Shown: piece by piece, positions 60,149 to 64,000 of the stretch | How positions within the stretch are numbered: position 1 is the stretch's first letter | Layout of the letters: each line of letters begins with the position of its first letter | Assembly: GCA_965541585.1 (NCBI GenBank) | Contig: CBEUCH010000006.1 | Location: 128,001 to 192,000, forward strand | Direction: 5' to 3' | DNA: 64,000 bases | Origin: an uncultured bacterium | GTDB taxonomy: Bacteria; Zixibacteria; MSB-5A5; UBA10806 | Notes under the pieces: model-generated | Database searches by the model: none | What the model was told of the DNA's origin: nothing | What the model saw: the letters and a program-made list of their open reading frames with translations, nothing else | Program-made: the position numbers and the translations under genes

Positions 60149-61681
60149 TTAGTTCAGTCGTAACGGCATCCCTCCCATTTTCGATTCGACGGCATCCAGG
60201 ATGGCATTATCGCGCACCAGATCGGCGATCTTGTTTATATCCGGATATAACACGCGGTCGGTTTCGAGAAATGATACGTGGTCGCGGATCAGCTCATAGA
60301 CGATGCGGCTTCCCTTGCCCGGTTTTTTTGGTTTTCTGAAATCGAATGCCTGCGCCGCGCAATACATTTCGATAGCAAGCACGGCGCCGACATTTTTCAA
60401 AATCTCCGTGCATTTTCTGACCGCCACGGGTGCCATCGCTACGTGGTCTTCCTGGTCGGCGGAAACCGAGATCGAATCGACCGTGGCCGGATGAGACAAA
60501 ACCTTGTTTTCGGAGACCAGTGCGGCGGCGGTATACTGCGCCACCATCAAACCGGAATTCAGACCGTGTCCTTCAACCAGGAAATCCGGCATTCCGGAAA
60601 GTGCGGGATTTAAGAGGCGGTTGGTATGCCGTTCGGATAAGTTGGCCACCTCCGACATGGCGATACATAAGAAATCCATCACCATCCCGATCGGCTGGCC
60701 GTGGAAATTGCCCCCGGCGAGGTAGAGATTCTCATCCGGGAAAAACAACGGGTTATCGGCCGATGAGTTTATTTCGGTCTCCACCTGTTCTTTTGCATAA
60801 TGCCAGCAATCTACCGACGGCCCCAGGACCTGCGGCGTGCAGCGCATGGAGTAACCGTCCTGCACCTTGCCCGATTTATCGGCGATTATCTCGGAACCGG
60901 CCATGAGCTGCCTTAGATTGTGGGCCACGGCATTCTGTCCTTTGAATGGACGGGAGGCGTGCAGGACTTCGTGGTATGCTTTCGGCACCCCTTTCAATGC
61001 GTCAATGGTCATAGCCGCAGCGATGAAGGCATTTTTCAAAAGGCGGCGGGAATCCTGCAAGAGCAAAGCCGCACCGGCGGTAACCATCTGGGAACCGTTT
61101 ATAAGGCCGAGACCTTCTTTGTAGGAAAGGTCAACCGGCTCGATGCCCGCCTGCTTCATTGCCTGGCCGCCGTCGATCAGCTTGCCTTTATAGTAGGCTT
61201 GCCCCTCGCCGATACAGACCTCGGCAAGTTGCGACAATGGGGATAGGTCTCCCGATGTCCCCACAGATCCCTTTTCATAGACAAATGGGGTGACGCCCTT
61301 ATTGAGCATATGGATGAAGATCTCTGCCGTGGAATACCTTACGCCGGAATGCCCGCGTGCCAGCACGTTAGCCCGAAGCGCCATAGCCGCCCGCACGACA
61401 TCCTCGGGTTGCGGATCGCCGGTGCCGGCGGCGTGGCTGTAAATGATATTCTTCTGCAGTTGCGCACCCTGTTCAGGGCTGACCCTGATGCGGGAGAATT
61501 CGCCGATACCGGTGGTGACACCGTAGATCGCCTCCCCCGATTCGACCATCTTTTCAACCACGGCGCGGCATTTCTCGATTTTCGCCCGGGCATCATCGGA
61601 ATAGCCGACTTCCGCATTTTTGCGGGCAATATCCTCTGTCTTTTCTATGGTTAACGTTTGTCCGTCTATTAAAACAGTCAT
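60149..61681 (-). CDS. hutH: Histidine ammonia-lyase (MIO family)
   Basis: YGVTTG.G, YSHAAG, GTSGDL, KEGLGLING, QDGYSMRC, GGNFHG, QEDHV; SD AAGGAG. Confidence 0.85.
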   Translation of the reverse strand: MTVLIDGQTLTIEKTEDIARKNAEVGYSDDARAKIEKCRAVVEKMVESGEAIYGVTTGIGEFSRIRVSPEQGAQLQKNIIYSHAAGTGDPQPEDVVRAAMALRANVLARGHSGVRYSTAEIFIHMLNKGVTPFVYEKGSVGTSGDLSPLSQLAEVCIGEGQAYYKGKLIDGGQAMKQAGIEPVDLSYKEGLGLINGSQMVTAGAALLLQDSRRLLKNAFIAAAMTIDALKGVPKAYHEVLHASRPFKGQNAVAHNLRQLMAGSEIIADKSGKVQDGYSMRCTPQVLGPSVDCWHYAKEQVETEINSSADNPLFFPDENLYLAGGNFHGQPIGMVMDFLCIAMSEVANLSERHTNRLLNPALSGMPDFLVEGHGLNSGLMVAQYTAAALVSENKVLSHPATVDSISVSADQEDHVAMAPVAVRKCTEILKNVGAVLAIEMYCAAQAFDFRKPKKPGKGSRIVYELIRDHVSFLETDRVLYPDINKIADLVRDNAILDAVESKMGGMPLRLN

Positions 61682-61855
61682 ACTGTCTCCTTTTAAAGAT
61701 CGCGTCACACCCGAATTCAGCAATTCCGGCTGCGGGTGCGGATAATATGCATTTTTCGGGATGCAATAGCAAGGAGAGTCGGGGGCTACGCTTCCTGGAT
61801 CTTAATTACTCTGTTGTCAAATCCTATGGAGATTTTACTTATATCCTATTATGAG

Positions 61856-61888
61856 CGTCATTGCGAGGAGATGGCAACCAAGCAAGCT
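61856..61888 (+). repeat. Degenerate REP-like element, opposite orientation
   Basis: CGTCATTGCGAGGAG...AAGCAA. Confidence 0.55.
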
Positions 61889-63550
61889 TTATTTCAACAA
61901 CACCATCTTAATACTTTCCGAATACTCTCCCGATTCCAGCCGGGCAAAATATACGCCGGAAGGAAAACCGGCCGCATTCCAGGTGGTAGTATATCGGCCT
62001 GCTTGTTTTTCACCTTCGTATATCGTCGCTACCTGCTGGCCGAGGAGGTTATAGATGGAGAGGGTGACCTTACCCGTTTGCTTCAAGCTATAGCCAATTT
62101 GGGTAGCTTCGTTGAAGGGGTTGGGGTAGTTTTGAAAGAGGAAAAACTCTGATGGTTTTTCTCCTCCCTCTTCAATAGCCGTCATTACGCTGGTCATTGC
62201 GTTTATTCGTCCTGCGCCCAACAGGCCTTCATAGCCAGGATTAAGGTGGTCGATTGGATCGGCGGAAACTTCGATCAATTGTTCGATCTCATCATTTGAA
62301 AAGTCCGGGAAATGAGTTCGCAAGAGAGCGGCCAAACCTGCTGTCAAGGGGGAGGCATAAGAGGTGCCGGAGCCTAGTTCGTAATCGTCATCACCCCATG
62401 TTATCCAGATATCGACCGCGGGGGCACAAATATCTACCCATGTACCGTATGATGAAAAATTGGCCTTAACATCATCTTGATCCGTACCCGCGGCGGCCAT
62501 GACATGCTCGTAAGCGGCCGGGTATTTCTCCTGGTCGTGTCCGCTATTGCCTGCGCCGGCGACAATGAGAACGTCCTCCTCCCAAATGGCGTTTATTATA
62601 TTCTGCTGGTACTGGGCATAAATATCGGTCGCCCATGAGCAATTGATAATCTGAGCGCCGTTATCGGCGGCGTATATCATCCCCTGATAATAATATTCTA
62701 TCTCCATAGACCAGAGCCTGCCCTTAACGCACATTATGCGGGCTGAAAATCCCATTCCCGCCCCCAAAATCCCGTTATCGGTAACCTCCGAGGCGCATCC
62801 GGCGACACCTGTGCCGTGCAGCGATGTATCCGGCATGGGGTAATTATCATCCTGTCCGAAATCCCATCCGACAACATCGTCAATAAAACCGTTACCGTCG
62901 TCGTCTATGCCATTGAGATCCTCGTCATCGATTGTTCCATTGGAATTAAGGTCTTCCTGTTCGTTAACCCAGATATTGTCTGAAAGATCTATATGGTTCC
63001 AGTTAACGCCGTTATCGACAATAGCGATCACCGAATATCGGGTGGTATCGCCTCGAACCGTGTCCCAGGCTTCGAGAGCGTGAGTTCTGGTCAATTGCCA
63101 TTGTTGATCCAGAAAGGGATCGTTCGGCTCGTATAGAAGTTCGGATATAGTGTAAGGTTCAGCCATTTCGATATTGGGATCATTATTAAGCGTTTTTATA
63201 ATTGATAGAGGATTTATCGCGTCGGCGAAAGTGAATAAGTAAATTTTTGAAACTTCCCGAATCAAAGCCGTCTTTCGTAATGTGCCATTATAGAACGGCT
63301 CGACCTTTACAATTTCGAATTTCCTACAAAGCCAGTCAACAGAACTAACACCGGTTACCGCGTAACCGTCAGAACTTATTCCTGTTTGATACGGCGGCGC
63401 TTCGGGTCTGTTTGTAACTACGATTATATTGTCTACATACTTTGCGTCATTTGGTAGCTCCCCTTTTATAGATAAATCGGAACCCGCCTGGTTATAAGGA
63501 GAAGCCGATATTATTATACTAAGAATACCGGTAATTATCGTTCTGGTCAT
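61889..63550 (-). CDS. S8 subtilisin-like peptidase with a secretion-system (T9SS type A-like) C-terminal domain
   Basis: IVDNG, HGT, AGN, GTSYASP; FQNYPNPFN...SGVYFARL...KMVLLK. Confidence 0.92.
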   Translation of the reverse strand: MTRTIITGILSIIISASPYNQAGSDLSIKGELPNDAKYVDNIIVVTNRPEAPPYQTGISSDGYAVTGVSSVDWLCRKFEIVKVEPFYNGTLRKTALIREVSKIYLFTFADAINPLSIIKTLNNDPNIEMAEPYTISELLYEPNDPFLDQQWQLTRTHALEAWDTVRGDTTRYSVIAIVDNGVNWNHIDLSDNIWVNEQEDLNSNGTIDDEDLNGIDDDGNGFIDDVVGWDFGQDDNYPMPDTSLHGTGVAGCASEVTDNGILGAGMGFSARIMCVKGRLWSMEIEYYYQGMIYAADNGAQIINCSWATDIYAQYQQNIINAIWEEDVLIVAGAGNSGHDQEKYPAAYEHVMAAAGTDQDDVKANFSSYGTWVDICAPAVDIWITWGDDDYELGSGTSYASPLTAGLAALLRTHFPDFSNDEIEQLIEVSADPIDHLNPGYEGLLGAGRINAMTSVMTAIEEGGEKPSEFFLFQNYPNPFNEATQIGYSLKQTGKVTLSIYNLLGQQVATIYEGEKQAGRYTTTWNAAGFPSGVYFARLESGEYSESIKMVLLK

Positions 63551-63557
63551 CTTTTTC

Positions 63558-64000
63558 CTACTTCAAAAGCACCATCTTAATACTCTCTGAATACTCTCCG
63601 GCCTCCAGCCGCGCGAAATAGACGCCGGAGGGAAAAGTCGTCGCATCCCATGTGATTTTGTGTTGGCCCGCCTGCTGGTCGCCTTCAAACATTGACGCTA
63701 TCTGTTGGCCCAGTAAATTGTAGATGGTTATTGTAACCGATCCGGACCGGGGAAGCATATAGCTCAGGGTGGTTGCGGCATTGAATGGGTTGGGGTAATT
63801 TTGCAATAAGCCGCACGCCATAGGGATTATTGGGGGATGCTCTTCCCTGATATCGGTGGGGACAGCTTGGCCGCCGTAGGCGCCCATGTCGCTTCGCTCG
63901 TATCCTAGGCCCCAGTCGCAGTCGAGCAGATAATCGAAGATAGACGGATCGCCGGCATCTATGCAAGGGGAATCATACGGATCGCCGCAGGCGGTGGACA
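63558..64000 (-). CDS. 3' part of a secreted protein with a T9SS type A-like CTD (runs off the window)
   Basis: Frame open to the window edge: DSPCIDAGDP...RSDMGAYGG then LQNYPNPFN...KMVLLK. Confidence 0.85.
   Translation of the reverse strand, partial: STACGDPYDSPCIDAGDPSIFDYLLDCDWGLGYERSDMGAYGGQAVPTDIREEHPPIIPMACGLLQNYPNPFNAATTLSYMLPRSGSVTITIYNLLGQQIASMFEGDQQAGQHKITWDATTFPSGVYFARLEAGEYSESIKMVLLK

Noticed and set aside
1..64000. CRISPR arrays, tRNA/rRNA, integrase or transposase
   Set aside because: I found no regularly spaced repeats, cloverleafs or recombinase motifs by eye; a covariance-model search was not possible.

Overview
Gene-dense bacterial chromosome segment of roughly 50% GC. 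Lineage is inferred, not proven, to be FCB-group, most likely Ca. Zixibacteria, from the NYPNPFN-type secretion C-terminal domains, pilV/W/X modules and large multiheme cytochromes. It holds about 50 CDS and I see no rRNA, tRNA, CRISPR, integrase or transposase. Housekeeping and metabolic genes include glnA, wecB, acs, tag, murQ, recA-recX-thpR, hutH, M16/S9/M55/S8 peptidases, ClC and SSS transporters and a type III PKS. There are two tandem CbcL-like multiheme c + cytochrome b fusions (11 and 19 CxxCH) and duplicated minor-pilin modules with sigma54-type promoters. The best candidates for undescribed systems are two compact, translationally coupled accessory cassettes. (1) An AT-rich operon at 54.7-57.2 kb encodes a dGTPase-like HD hydrolase, an N-terminally truncated RlmN/Cfr-like radical SAM methyltransferase and an NT5C-type HAD nucleotidase. 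(2) A cassette at 6.15-7.66 kb encodes a TIGR04255-like protein, a 58-aa acidic peptide missing from the ORF track and a QGD...TQDCDL protein, and is arranged like a toxin-antitoxin-chaperone module. Other points: a non-canonical start for the epimerase, a displaced 40-bp copy of the dinB-family 3' end, candidate LexA, Fur and Rex/CRP sites, and several apparently leaderless genes.
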